Below are positions 44,959-54,893 of a stretch of DNA of 64,000 nt, one piece after another. The notes beneath the pieces were generated by a model. The model was not told where the DNA came from, did not search any database, and was given only the letters and a program-made list of their open reading frames with translations. The stretch comes from a virus, in the IMG/VR virus record IMGVR_UViG_3300046171_000182, positions 71,207 through 135,206 of that record. One strand, written 5' to 3'. A program made the position numbers and the translations under genes. Positions within the stretch are counted from its first letter, which is position 1, and each line of letters opens with the position of its first letter.

Positions 44959-46626
44959 CTACGGTGGCATATTAACAACTGCACTACCAAAGTCCTGAGT
45001 ATTCCCGACGCTTACTATACTCATATTTCCGCCAAATTTTTGTTCAAGTTTAGATAAGTCATTAAACTGAGTTATGCCACCAGGAAAAGCATTGTATGAG
45101 TTAGAATTTACAAGACCTACATTAGGAGGTTGAGGCCCAATTACTGGAGGGTTTGAAAGATAATTACCATATGCCCTACTAATAAATCGATTTGCAGCGC
45201 CTTGAGTATCGCTCTTAGACATCATACTTAATCGATAGTCTTCCGGAACGCCTGCAGTGTCCAGTAAAAAATTTATTCCCTGGTTAGTTAAATTATTTAA
45301 ATCTGCATAACCGTTTTGGACAAAATCTAATATACCAAGTGTAAACCCTGTTGCCACGTTTGTTCCTGCTGCTACAGGAGCGGGCATGTTAGCTAGCTCA
45401 GGATCTTGAGTTCCTTGATAGGCTTCAAACGCGACCGCAAGTGGTCCTGCTGCTTTTAATAAAATCGTAGCTGACTTTTTCAGAGCGGCACTACTTTTAA
45501 TTGCTTCGGCAGCAATCCGTACCTGAGCTTGTTTCCTCGCCTTTATTATTGCCTCAGCCTTTCCGCCCCCACCGACCGGATCATTTAAAGACCGAAATCT
45601 TCCCTGTGCATCTCTACGAACCGTTGGCTGGCCAAACATAGTTACTTTTCGCCCGGTAGTTGGCGGACTATTTATTGCCTGCATTCGAGCCGCCGCAGCT
45701 GCCGCTGCGTTTACTTTAGGAACGGGGCTTTTTCGTGTAACAACAGGCGGAGGCGGCTTTTTATTTTTAGCATTAGCATCTTTCATTTCATCTACAGGTG
45801 GCGGTGCACCGCCTCTAATAGACTTTATTCCTAATGCTAGGCCTATAGCTGTCGATAAAGCTTTAACTCCCCTACCAATTGGCAATAAGGCTAGTGCTAA
45901 TGCTAAACGTTTTCCGGCAAATCTTAATAAAGCAGGTGCAACTAAGGACAATGCAACTCCTAGCCCGCTTATGAATGTTTCGGATTGTGTATCAATATTA
46001 AGCTCAGTACCTGGAATATTATATACGCCGTCTTTCTTTCCAAACTTTTCATTAATAGCAGCAATTGCGGTATCACCATATGCACCTACAATACCAGCAA
46101 TAGCAAGTCCTAGAGGGCTTTTAACTCCTAATAATCTTGCGCCTATTGCTGTTTGTACACCATCAACTAAGTTTTTCTTTGTTTTCGGCTCTAACTGCTT
46201 ATCATCAAAGTATTCTTTTTCAACATAATCTACTAGAGCGCCTATGGCTTGTTCACCGAATTTAGACATGACTGCAATTGCCGGTGCGAATGATATTAAT
46301 TTACCAGCACCTAATCCGATAGCACCTGCAGCTAAACCCATTCCGGCCAATAGTTTTTGAGCAATTGCGCCGAAGCCAAGGCCTCCACCAAATCCTAAAC
46401 CTTGTGATAGTCCTGCCCTAAAGTTTTGAGGACGTTGAGCTATTACCTTTTTACGTCTTTCTTTTTGTCTTGCTTCAATTTCATCTTCTCTGCTATCTCC
46501 ACTACGTTGCTGTCTGGACAGAAACTCGCCAAAGCGATCTCTAAGACCTGCTGTGGTCTTAGTTCCATCTTCTATTGAAGAAGTTTGATCTCTTAAAGTG
46601 TCATTAATCTGAGCTAATGTTGCCAT
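44959..46626 (-). CDS. tape-measure-like protein (gp29-like)
   Basis: long Ala/Gly/Leu-rich helical protein directly after gp26/gp51-like genes. Confidence 0.6.
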   Translation of the reverse strand: MATLAQINDTLRDQTSSIEDGTKTTAGLRDRFGEFLSRQQRSGDSREDEIEARQKERRKKVIAQRPQNFRAGLSQGLGFGGGLGFGAIAQKLLAGMGLAAGAIGLGAGKLISFAPAIAVMSKFGEQAIGALVDYVEKEYFDDKQLEPKTKKNLVDGVQTAIGARLLGVKSPLGLAIAGIVGAYGDTAIAAINEKFGKKDGVYNIPGTELNIDTQSETFISGLGVALSLVAPALLRFAGKRLALALALLPIGRGVKALSTAIGLALGIKSIRGGAPPPVDEMKDANAKNKKPPPPVVTRKSPVPKVNAAAAAAARMQAINSPPTTGRKVTMFGQPTVRRDAQGRFRSLNDPVGGGGKAEAIIKARKQAQVRIAAEAIKSSAALKKSATILLKAAGPLAVAFEAYQGTQDPELANMPAPVAAGTNVATGFTLGILDFVQNGYADLNNLTNQGINFLLDTAGVPEDYRLSMMSKSDTQGAANRFISRAYGNYLSNPPVIGPQPPNVGLVNSNSYNAFPGGITQFNDLSKLEQKFGGNMSIVSVGNTQDFGSAVVNMPP

Positions 46627-46820
46627 TATAAGTTCCTTACGTTTCTTCTTTTTTGTTCTTCGGCCTGTTCTTTTAGATCTTCAGAAAGCATCGTGATATA
46701 GATCTCCCTCTCCCATGGTAACATTCCTTCAATCTCTGTCAAGGAATATTTGTGATTTTGTATTAACTGATAATTTGTTTCAAAATAGTTAATAAGGTTT
46801 TCATGAGAAAGGTTTATGAG
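46626..46820 (-). CDS. 51: gp51-like baseplate hub assembly frame with no own start codon (probably reached by -1 frameshift)
   Basis: LSHENLINYFETNYQLIQNHKYSLTEIEGMLPWEREIY; TAATG-coupled to tape measure gene. Confidence 0.75.
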   Translation of the reverse strand, partial: LINLSHENLINYFETNYQLIQNHKYSLTEIEGMLPWEREIYITMLSEDLKEQAEEQKRRNVRNL

Positions 46821-47527
46821 AAAAAATCTTGGATACCTCGCAGCGTATGTGTATTATCGTGATTACATGCTGTACATTTAAATTTAATATCGTGCGTTAA
46901 TTGTGGTACAGCATTTACAAATTCCATAATCTTATCAAACTGATCATTTGTAAGAGAGTCTAAAAAGGTTTCTACGTCTTCTTTAGGCTCATCTGCAAAA
47001 TTAAAGTTTTCTTCTTCAGACTGTAAACTATCTAAACAACCCAAAGTCAAATAATATAGAGTCTCTGAATATCCTGCATCTTCTGGTAAGTCACCTTTAA
47101 CCATATGAGAATACATCGGATATTTTAATTTCAATGTATAGTTTTCGTTTAATACTATTTTATTTGCATCAGTCTTTTCTACGTCTAATTCTATTTTATC
47201 TAACTCAACTGTATAGTCATTTGGTATTTCACATTCTGAACAATTTATTGTTATTTTTGATGTCTCACCGGCAGATTTTGCACGAATCCTAGTAAAAATA
47301 TATTCTACATCAAATGTTGCTAAAGAAAGTGGATCGATCGGATCTACTACACATGACTTAATCGTATCTACAATAGATGATAAAATTTGTTTATCGTCTT
47401 GTGACTCTAACGCAATAAGTAATACTTTTTGTTCTTTTACTAAAAATGGTCTATATCTAACTTCCTGTTTTGTTGATGGTATAGTAAGAGAGTACTTAGG
47501 TACCTCGTTCACTGTTGGTAAAGGCAT
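46814..47527 (-). CDS. 26: gp26-like baseplate hub / tail assembly chaperone
   Basis: MPLP...P.Y.L..PS...YRPFLVKEQKVLL.A, FDVEY.F..IRAKS.GE, CxxC pairs, ends G.QDFF. Confidence 0.85.
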   Translation of the reverse strand: MPLPTVNEVPKYSLTIPSTKQEVRYRPFLVKEQKVLLIALESQDDKQILSSIVDTIKSCVVDPIDPLSLATFDVEYIFTRIRAKSAGETSKITINCSECEIPNDYTVELDKIELDVEKTDANKIVLNENYTLKLKYPMYSHMVKGDLPEDAGYSETLYYLTLGCLDSLQSEEENFNFADEPKEDVETFLDSLTNDQFDKIMEFVNAVPQLTHDIKFKCTACNHDNTHTLRGIQDFFS

Positions 47528-48132
47528 TATACAGATCTCCAATCCTTAAATGATAATTGCACGTTCAATTCAACCATTCCACCTGGTTCATTGCTAAATT
47601 CTATAGCGCTCATACTTGTGGGAAACGCTTTTTCTAAAATACAAGTGTATTCAACTTGTGCGTCTTCTAGTCGCTTTTGCAGACTATCAAACTCTGCACT
47701 GTTACTTAATACACCTGATGATAATATTCTTTCAGCTTGGCCAATTACATTTTTTGGCATACTAAGCTGTTGTACTCGTACTTCAAACCCGTATTCATCT
47801 GGGTAATTTAATTCTTTTGTTTCAAAGTTTATTATTTTACTTTGCCAAAACTCAAAGTATTGTTTGATGTCGTAATCATTTGGTACATGAAAAGTTAATG
47901 GCACGTCATCTGTTGCGTATCCATATGCTAACTTATGTTCTTTCATACCAACCATACGTGGACTTGTAAGAATCTGCCTAAAAGGAAGCTGTGCCGATTT
48001 GCATAAAACATTTAATCGCCGAGTAGTAATACCAAATGCGCCTCCGACTGACGGCAAGAATACACGCCATAAAGATGTTCTTGCAAGTCCAGAACCAAAC
48101 TCTCCTTTGAGATCGTCAATGCTATATACCAT
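47527..48132 (-). CDS. tail-tube-fold protein (gp54/gp19-like)
   Basis: LAR...W.V, LC..AQLP, FE.WQ..I, YP.EY, AFP..M. Confidence 0.7.
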   Translation of the reverse strand: MVYSIDDLKGEFGSGLARTSLWRVFLPSVGGAFGITTRRLNVLCKSAQLPFRQILTSPRMVGMKEHKLAYGYATDDVPLTFHVPNDYDIKQYFEFWQSKIINFETKELNYPDEYGFEVRVQQLSMPKNVIGQAERILSSGVLSNSAEFDSLQKRLEDAQVEYTCILEKAFPTSMSAIEFSNEPGGMVELNVQLSFKDWRSV

Positions 48133-48716
48133 TAGATCATTTTCCTTGAATCTCTATATACAGTAGACTTACCTGATTTCTGAAAGTCTGCAGTTGGTAA
48201 GAATGTAGCTATCTCCCACTCAGGAGCTGGTACATATGCAAATCTACTTTTAACGTTTGAATTTAAATAATGTTTGAAGCATGGCTTAAAAAATTTCAAA
48301 CTAGATGCACGTTTTAGTGTATTATATGTTGCTTCGAACTTCGTAGTATCATCAAAATTTTTGTTGTTAGTTATATCCATCAACGCGTCAAGCATCTTTG
48401 CTCTTAATGTTGGTGGAAGATAATGTAAATTCAGACCATAAAAACCACCGGGTGCAGGACCTACAACAACTACTAACGGAAAGCTATCATAATACGGTAG
48501 AGTATCTTTTGTTTTTGGATCATAGAAAAACATATACATGTTTCCTGCAATGCCTTTATTTTTTAACTCTACTGGATCTTCTTTCATGAGTGCACTACGA
48601 CTTACACGTCCCATTGCTGAGGCTTTACGTCTGAACCAATCTATTGATTGTTTTGTTCTTGGTGTAACGCCTGCTCTGAAAGCTTCGAGCTCTAGTTTTT
48701 GAAATATATTTGCCAT
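48132..48716 (-). CDS. 2: DNA end protector gp2
   Basis: MYMFFYDPKTK..LPYYD.FPL, GLNLHYLP, PC.KHYL. Confidence 0.9.
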   Translation of the reverse strand: MANIFQKLELEAFRAGVTPRTKQSIDWFRRKASAMGRVSRSALMKEDPVELKNKGIAGNMYMFFYDPKTKDTLPYYDSFPLVVVVGPAPGGFYGLNLHYLPPTLRAKMLDALMDITNNKNFDDTTKFEATYNTLKRASSLKFFKPCFKHYLNSNVKSRFAYVPAPEWEIATFLPTADFQKSGKSTVYRDSRKMI

Positions 48717-48721
48717 AGCAG

Positions 48722-48729
48722 TATTTATA
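48722..48729 (-). promoter_or_regulatory. late promoter
   Basis: TATAAATA on minus strand just upstream of gp2. Confidence 0.75.
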
Positions 48730-48731
48730 TG

Positions 48732-49214
48732 CTATTTTTTCTTTTTCTTTGGCGGAGGTAGCGGCTTTAGTTTCTTTATTGGTTTAGGCATAATACCCAT
48801 AGTTTGTAGAGTTTTCTCTGTCCAAATCTGAAATTCCCACTTTCTATCCTTGGCATATGACTCTGCAGCTTCCCATTTATTCATATTCTTGACATACGTA
48901 AATGCCTCATTGATATATCGCTTTGTGCGTTTAGATCCGGTTGGCGGTCTTGTTTCTTTATCTGGTTTAATCTCAACCAATAGTATTCTATCTTCAAGTA
49001 CTATTTTAAGGTCAGGGAAGTAGCGGTGATAACGCTTATCACCGTCATAATAATATGGTACAATGACTTCTTCACTGGTCCAAGATTTTACCTTTGGATT
49101 CTCATCACACCATTTAAAGCAGTGTCTTTCCCACATTGATCTAAAAATGATGCTATTATGATCACCACCGTACTTCTTTGGGTTTTTTGGTTTGTATTTA
49201 CCTGAGTATGCCAT
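48732..49214 (-). CDS. 4: head completion nuclease gp4
   Basis: AYSGKY.PKNPKKY.GD, RS.WE, HRYFPD, VEIKP, N..KW.AA. Confidence 0.92.
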   Translation of the reverse strand: MAYSGKYKPKNPKKYGGDHNSIIFRSMWERHCFKWCDENPKVKSWTSEEVIVPYYYDGDKRYHRYFPDLKIVLEDRILLVEIKPDKETRPPTGSKRTKRYINEAFTYVKNMNKWEAAESYAKDRKWEFQIWTEKTLQTMGIMPKPIKKLKPLPPPKKKKK

Positions 49215-49223
49215 TCAATTCCA

Positions 49224-49231
49224 TATAAATA
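49224..49231 (+). promoter_or_regulatory. late promoter
   Basis: TATAAATA upstream of baseplate operon. Confidence 0.75.
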
Positions 49232-49265
49232 GTCTTAAGTTTTTTTAGTATTTATTGGAAAAAAT

Positions 49266-50284
49266 ATGCCTAAATATAGATTCCCTCTCGAAGCGCAAGA
49301 TGATTACAAAGGACGTGTATATTTTACGCAGATCATTGAAATACCTCCAAAGATTAATACCTCTGCGTTTAAGAAAAAACAGATTGCGATTCCAGCAGGT
49401 CCGCCAGGTACTACAATTGATGGTAACGATGTTGATTTACAAGAAAGTTCAGTAGTAGATAACGCATTGGGGCTTTTTTCTGGTAAATTTACTCCTGGAC
49501 AACATTTCGTGGAGAGACCGTAGAATTATATCTTCCTCCAGCTCAAACAATACAAGACGGAGTAGAGTTTGATAATTCTTTTTCTTTTGGTATAGCTGGA
49601 GAAGCAGCAAGACAATCATTATCAAGAGGAGAAAGTTCTATATTAGGTGCTTCAGCTTCTGCGCTTATGGGTACAGGCGGGATCGGCCAAATACTGTCAA
49701 ACCTACAGGATCCAAACATTGCAAGAGTTGCTGCAGCAAAAGTTGGTGCAATGATGCCAGGCGGAAGAGCAGGTGCAGTAACGTCTACAATTGCACAAAC
49801 GGCATTGAATCCAAATATACGAGCAGTATTTAAGTCAGTAAGACCAAGAGAACATTCTTTTAGTTTTAAGTTTTTACCTAGATCAAAAGCAGAAGCAAAA
49901 CAAGTAGAAAATATTATTAAATGGTTTCGTACTGAGTTATATCCTGAATCAATTGATATAGCTGCTGGCGGTCAAAGATTACCGATCGGTTATAAGTTTC
50001 CTAATAAGTTTGGTATTGCTTTAAGATACGGAAGAAAAAACGTTGGTGCGCAATTACTTCCTTGTTATCTACGTGGTATGACTACAAACTATAATGCTAC
50101 TGCTATGTCGTTCTATCGCGATGGACAATACAGTGAAATCGATCTTACGCTTGATATGATAGAATTTAGAACACTAGACAAAGATGATGTTAGATATGGA
50201 TGGAATCTATATGGTAAAAATTATAAAGATTTTTGGGAAGAGTTTATAGCCGAAGTCCGGAACTATGAAGAGGAGAGGCAGTAA
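49266..50284 (+). CDS. 48: baseplate tail-tube cap gp48 (frameshifted near 49510)
   Basis: YRFPL; shifted frame VELYLPP; NP....F.....R...F.FKF.PRS..EA...II.WFR. Confidence 0.75.
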
Positions 50285-51030
50285 TGTCGACATATTTCGA
50301 AAATTTTCCAACTGTCGCATATAAGTTTGGTGTAAATTTACCTGCAGTTGCATATCAAAATTTAACTGCATATGTTGATATTATTGATCAGATAAAAGAT
50401 AATATAGCATTTTACAGAAACTATTACATTCAAGAAGGTGATAGGCCAGATCAATTATCTTTTAGCTTATATGGTACTACAGATTATTATTGGATGTTCT
50501 ATTTACTTAACGATCATATCAAAGAACAAGGCTGGCCTTTAACCTATGACGCATTAAGTACGCTTATAGATAAAGATTTAACACATACTGTTGTTGCAAC
50601 AAAAGATGTGATTTCTAATAAATTTAAAGTTGGGCAATTAGTAACAGGATCTTCCTCTGGTATTTCTGGAATAATCGCACATAGAAACTTAGATCTAGGT
50701 CAACTATATATTAAAGACTTACAAGTTGGATCAGGCAATACTACTTTTGGATCTACAGAAGTTTTAACATCACAAGTCGGTGAAAATGTAGAATCTATTA
50801 CACTTATATCTTCTGCAGCTGAGAAAAACTCGGTAAGATATTATGTAGACGGAGACAATAAGCACTGTGACATAGATCCACACGCTGATAGACCAAACAC
50901 TAAAACGCCAGTAACACACTTAGATTATTATCTTGCAGAAAATGAAAAACTAAAATCGATAAGAGTTATAAAACCTGATGCGGTTCGTGACATATTTAGA
51001 GAATTTCAGGATAAATTTTTAGATGGCTAA
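50284..51030 (+). CDS. 53: baseplate wedge protein gp53
   Basis: YF..FP...Y, GDRPD..S..LYG...YYW...LLN, WP, NE....I..IKP. Confidence 0.85.
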   Translation: MSTYFENFPTVAYKFGVNLPAVAYQNLTAYVDIIDQIKDNIAFYRNYYIQEGDRPDQLSFSLYGTTDYYWMFYLLNDHIKEQGWPLTYDALSTLIDKDLTHTVVATKDVISNKFKVGQLVTGSSSGISGIIAHRNLDLGQLYIKDLQVGSGNTTFGSTEVLTSQVGENVESITLISSAAEKNSVRYYVDGDNKHCDIDPHADRPNTKTPVTHLDYYLAENEKLKSIRVIKPDAVRDIFREFQDKFLDG

Positions 51031-52453
51031 ATCATATACGCCCTTTGATCCTCATGAGTTTGAGATGCGCCGTGCTGTACTATCTACACAGCGCAATGAT
51101 CATACTGTTGATATTACTACAACATTAGTAGAGTTAAATATATTTGAACATATAGAGCGCACGTATCTTACTGGTTTTATTACATATGTTGATACTGGTA
51201 GATCCATAGAAATTATGGACTTTCAGGGTACTGAGTTTTTAGATATAGAATTTGGATTATATACAACTCCTCATAAAGTTTCAAAACGATTTGTCGTAAG
51301 GGAAGTTGTAAGTGTTGTACCTACAACAGATACTACTGATACGGTTACACTTCAAATTATAGATTATGATGGATATTTAAATACACTTATTAATGTAAAT
51401 AAAATGTATGAAGGTAAGCCAAGTCAGATTATCGATAATATTTTAAAAGACTATTTTGAAAATAAAAGAATAATAAGAGCTGGAGATGCTAATCAATTCG
51501 ATTCTTTAGTAGATGAATATACTACTGCGTCAAACCCCAACGCAGACGAGTTAAATTCATATCGTCAATTATCTCAAGAATTACAAGCATCATTCAGATA
51601 TATTGTTCCAAACTTAAACCCATTAGAAGCAATTGAAATGATAAAACGGCGGACAACTGGATTAACTGGTACCCCATTTTTATGTTTTGCATCGATGGCT
51701 GACAATGATTTAAGATTTTATGATTTATATAGCTTATTACAAGAAGCTCCTATTAATGCAGGTGATCCATTTGTTTTTTCTACACAATTATCACAAAGAG
51801 CTCCAACTACTGGTGCAGGACTTGCAAGACAAATAAGTAAAATAAAAAATCCGAAGAATGCTAATACACTAGAGCTAATTCGAAGTGGCGATGTAGGTTC
51901 TTCCTATGAATACGTAGACACTACGCATGGATTAGAATATGCATTTAATTATGATTTAGAAAAAGTTTTATCTAATTTACTTACTTCAAAATCATATCCT
52001 GCAGCAGATACCAGATCTCTATTTAGGAATACGCCTGTTAGTGAAAATCTTGCTGAACGAATTACAAGAGTATCTACAGGAAATATATATGATGACGCTG
52101 TGCACAATTATCACGAAGATATGAGTACACAAAGACATTCTGCAAAAGCGATATCACGATCGGTAAGAAATCTCCTTGGTAAATCTGTATTAGAAATAGA
52201 AGTACCAGGACTTCATGTAATACCACAAGGCGGTAATAAAACATTAGGAAGAATTGTTTCGGTCGTATCTGTCGCAGATGGTGAACAATTTGATGAAGTG
52301 TTTGATAGAAAAAGAACTGGTGATTATATGGTATACACTACGCGGCATACACTAACTCCAAACAATTACTCTGCAGCTTTAAGTCTTGTAAAGATTGCTA
52401 ACTACAGAGGTAATACTCAAATTGGTAATGCTCGTATGGATGGTCCAAGATAA
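51023..52453 (+). CDS. baseplate hub protein (gp27-like)
   Basis: position between gp53 and gp5; IFE.I..., I.VPG, G.Y.V...RH. Confidence 0.6.
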   Translation: MAKSYTPFDPHEFEMRRAVLSTQRNDHTVDITTTLVELNIFEHIERTYLTGFITYVDTGRSIEIMDFQGTEFLDIEFGLYTTPHKVSKRFVVREVVSVVPTTDTTDTVTLQIIDYDGYLNTLINVNKMYEGKPSQIIDNILKDYFENKRIIRAGDANQFDSLVDEYTTASNPNADELNSYRQLSQELQASFRYIVPNLNPLEAIEMIKRRTTGLTGTPFLCFASMADNDLRFYDLYSLLQEAPINAGDPFVFSTQLSQRAPTTGAGLARQISKIKNPKNANTLELIRSGDVGSSYEYVDTTHGLEYAFNYDLEKVLSNLLTSKSYPAADTRSLFRNTPVSENLAERITRVSTGNIYDDAVHNYHEDMSTQRHSAKAISRSVRNLLGKSVLEIEVPGLHVIPQGGNKTLGRIVSVVSVADGEQFDEVFDRKRTGDYMVYTTRHTLTPNNYSAALSLVKIANYRGNTQIGNARMDGPR

Positions 52454-53337
52454 TGGCGGCATATTATGGAGATAACGCTCGGTGGTTTATTGGTGTGGCA
52501 ACTAATAACTTAGATCCATTACTACTTGGCCGAGTGCAGGTCAGGATACTTGGAATCCATTCGCGAAGAACTTTAGATATTCCAGATTATTCGTTACCAT
52601 GGGCAACTGTATTACAGCCAAATACAGCAGGTGGTACATCAGGAATTGGTATGATGCCACAGATTTTACCAGGTGCTCAGGTGTTTGGAATGTTTTTAGA
52701 TGGTGAAATTTCGCAATTGCCATGTATACTAGGCGTTATGCCTAAAATAGAATTACCATCAGAGCAGCAATTGTCAAAACAACAAGACAAAGCAATACAA
52801 TATGATATTGGATATGATGCTGGTGAAATTGATCCACGTGTGGCAAGACATGAAGGACTAACTAATACTGATAATTTTACGACTGTATTAGTAGGAACCG
52901 AAAGAGTAGAACAAGCTTTTAATTTCTTTAAGTCCAGAGGTTTTACAGAAAAGCAATCAGCCGGTATAGTTGGAAATCTTATTGCTGAAACTGGAAAAAA
53001 CCTTCCAGAACATGGGCCAAGAGGAGATGGTGGATCCGCTGCAGGTATTGCGCAGTGGCATCAAGGACGCAGAAAAATTTTTGAACGAGTATATGGTAAA
53101 CCGTGGTGGGATAGCACGTTCACAGATCAGCTAAATTTTATTGTTTGGGAACTAAATAACAGTGACTCGTATTCAGGAAACTTAAATAAAAAGGCAGGAG
53201 CGTTACTAAAACAAACTAATACAGTTGCTATGGCTGCAACAATATTTGATACAAAGTACGAACGTAGCGCCGGTCTTCATACACAAAGAAGAATAAATTA
53301 TGCGCATAATGTATATAACGAATTTGGGAGAGGATAG
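52453..53337 (+). CDS. 5: gp5 N-terminal OB-fold fused to phage tail lysozyme-type domain
   Basis: WFIGV....DP..LGRV.VRI.GIH, LPWA, V.G.FLDG; AGIVGNL.AE, GIAQW, F...YER. Confidence 0.8.
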   Translation: MAAYYGDNARWFIGVATNNLDPLLLGRVQVRILGIHSRRTLDIPDYSLPWATVLQPNTAGGTSGIGMMPQILPGAQVFGMFLDGEISQLPCILGVMPKIELPSEQQLSKQQDKAIQYDIGYDAGEIDPRVARHEGLTNTDNFTTVLVGTERVEQAFNFFKSRGFTEKQSAGIVGNLIAETGKNLPEHGPRGDGGSAAGIAQWHQGRRKIFERVYGKPWWDSTFTDQLNFIVWELNNSDSYSGNLNKKAGALLKQTNTVAMAATIFDTKYERSAGLHTQRRINYAHNVYNEFGRG

Positions 53338-54893
53338 TGACTAGCTTTACTCGATATCAATCTACGCTCTCAACATATAATCAACGATTAGGTACTGCAG
53401 ATTTTCGTAATGCAGCACCTACAGTAGAGGGCGAATATAATTCTAAATATACATCCGGTTTAGGAACAAACGTAGGACAAACGTTAAATGGTTTTCAATC
53501 TGTTACAAAAACAGAAAACTATTCTGGCCAATTTAAAAATGTATTACTGGGATTAGCGCTTGTTAAACTCACTCAAGAAGTTGCGGGTGAAAGCTTATTA
53601 GAAATATTCGATGATGCCTTTGAAGGAATAGGATCTGGTAATGCTAGTGTTAATAATGTATTAACCGCTGCAGGAGCTCTTGCCATTGTGACTGGATCTA
53701 GTCCTGCCGCAGGATTTTTAAAATCATATTATGGCGGTAGTTCGGGTCTTGCTGTTGGTAATCTTTTATCAAAAGCAACCGGTAAAGATGTAACTTCATT
53801 AGTATCAGCTATACAAGGTGTCCATTCAGCAGGAAATGCAAAGCAATTTGTGGCTGCTGGATTGTCTCGATCTCTCGGTGCAGTACTTGCTCCAGTTATT
53901 TCTGATTTTAATTCTAAAGTAGATACAGCAATAGGAACTGCAATTGCTCCGGTTCTACAAGCAGTAATGGATATTAGTGCAGGACCGATAGGAATACTTA
54001 TTGATGAATTAACAGGTAATAAACTAAAAACACTTCAAAATCAAAATATCGTAAGCTTATTATCTCAAGGAAAATACGCAGAAGCAATACTATTAACTTC
54101 AAATAATTCTAGTAGTCCTTACAATCTTATTGAAGAAACTTTACTTGGTATTGATACTAAAGTTTCAACTAGGATTACATATACTGGTTCTAATCAGATT
54201 TCGCCATTTGGTATTGGTCAAAATGATAATAACTGGAAAGGAGAGAAGACTACAACCTGGAAAGATCCGGATGCTCAGACTTCGACAGCTTCGACAACAG
54301 CTCCCGCTAGTGATAGTGCATATAAGTTTACGCGTGTAAATGGTCTAGAAGAATTAGAAGCTGAATTTAGATCTGCGACACGTGATATTACAGAGGTTGT
54401 AGTTCATTGGTCCGCACACTTTTTAAATCAGGATATTGGAGCAGAAGAGATTCATGGCCAACAGAAAAACGACGGCTTCAAAGGCATCGGATATCATTAT
54501 GTAATAAGAAAAGATGGTACTATTGAAAGAGGCCGGCCAATCAATAAGGAAGGGGCGCATGCAAAAGCAAACGGTCACGATAAGTACAGTATTGGTATAG
54601 CATTCGTTGGCGGATACACAGTTAATTCAAATTCTGGATTAGCTAATCCTCCATATGGTAAAGAGTCTCTTAATGATGAACAAATGAAAGCGCTTAAAAT
54701 GTTTTTCAATGCCTTTTATAAAGTATGGCCTGGTGGTCAAGCATGGGGTCATAATGATACTGATCCACAAAATGAACCAGATCCTGGATTTCCAGTTCCT
54801 GAATTTGTAAGATCTAAGTTTGGTAAAGAAAATGTGTCAGCATCTGGTACAGATGCTCCACTCTCTCCGGAACAGATAGCAGGAGGCTCGTAA
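53337..54893 (+). CDS. virion-associated N-acetylmuramoyl-L-alanine amidase (Amidase_2) with long N-terminal region
   Basis: VVVHWS, IGYHYVI..DG.IE.GR, GAH, SIGI.F.GG, GHND, DPGF. Confidence 0.8.
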   Translation: MTSFTRYQSTLSTYNQRLGTADFRNAAPTVEGEYNSKYTSGLGTNVGQTLNGFQSVTKTENYSGQFKNVLLGLALVKLTQEVAGESLLEIFDDAFEGIGSGNASVNNVLTAAGALAIVTGSSPAAGFLKSYYGGSSGLAVGNLLSKATGKDVTSLVSAIQGVHSAGNAKQFVAAGLSRSLGAVLAPVISDFNSKVDTAIGTAIAPVLQAVMDISAGPIGILIDELTGNKLKTLQNQNIVSLLSQGKYAEAILLTSNNSSSPYNLIEETLLGIDTKVSTRITYTGSNQISPFGIGQNDNNWKGEKTTTWKDPDAQTSTASTTAPASDSAYKFTRVNGLEELEAEFRSATRDITEVVVHWSAHFLNQDIGAEEIHGQQKNDGFKGIGYHYVIRKDGTIERGRPINKEGAHAKANGHDKYSIGIAFVGGYTVNSNSGLANPPYGKESLNDEQMKALKMFFNAFYKVWPGGQAWGHNDTDPQNEPDPGFPVPEFVRSKFGKENVSASGTDAPLSPEQIAGGS

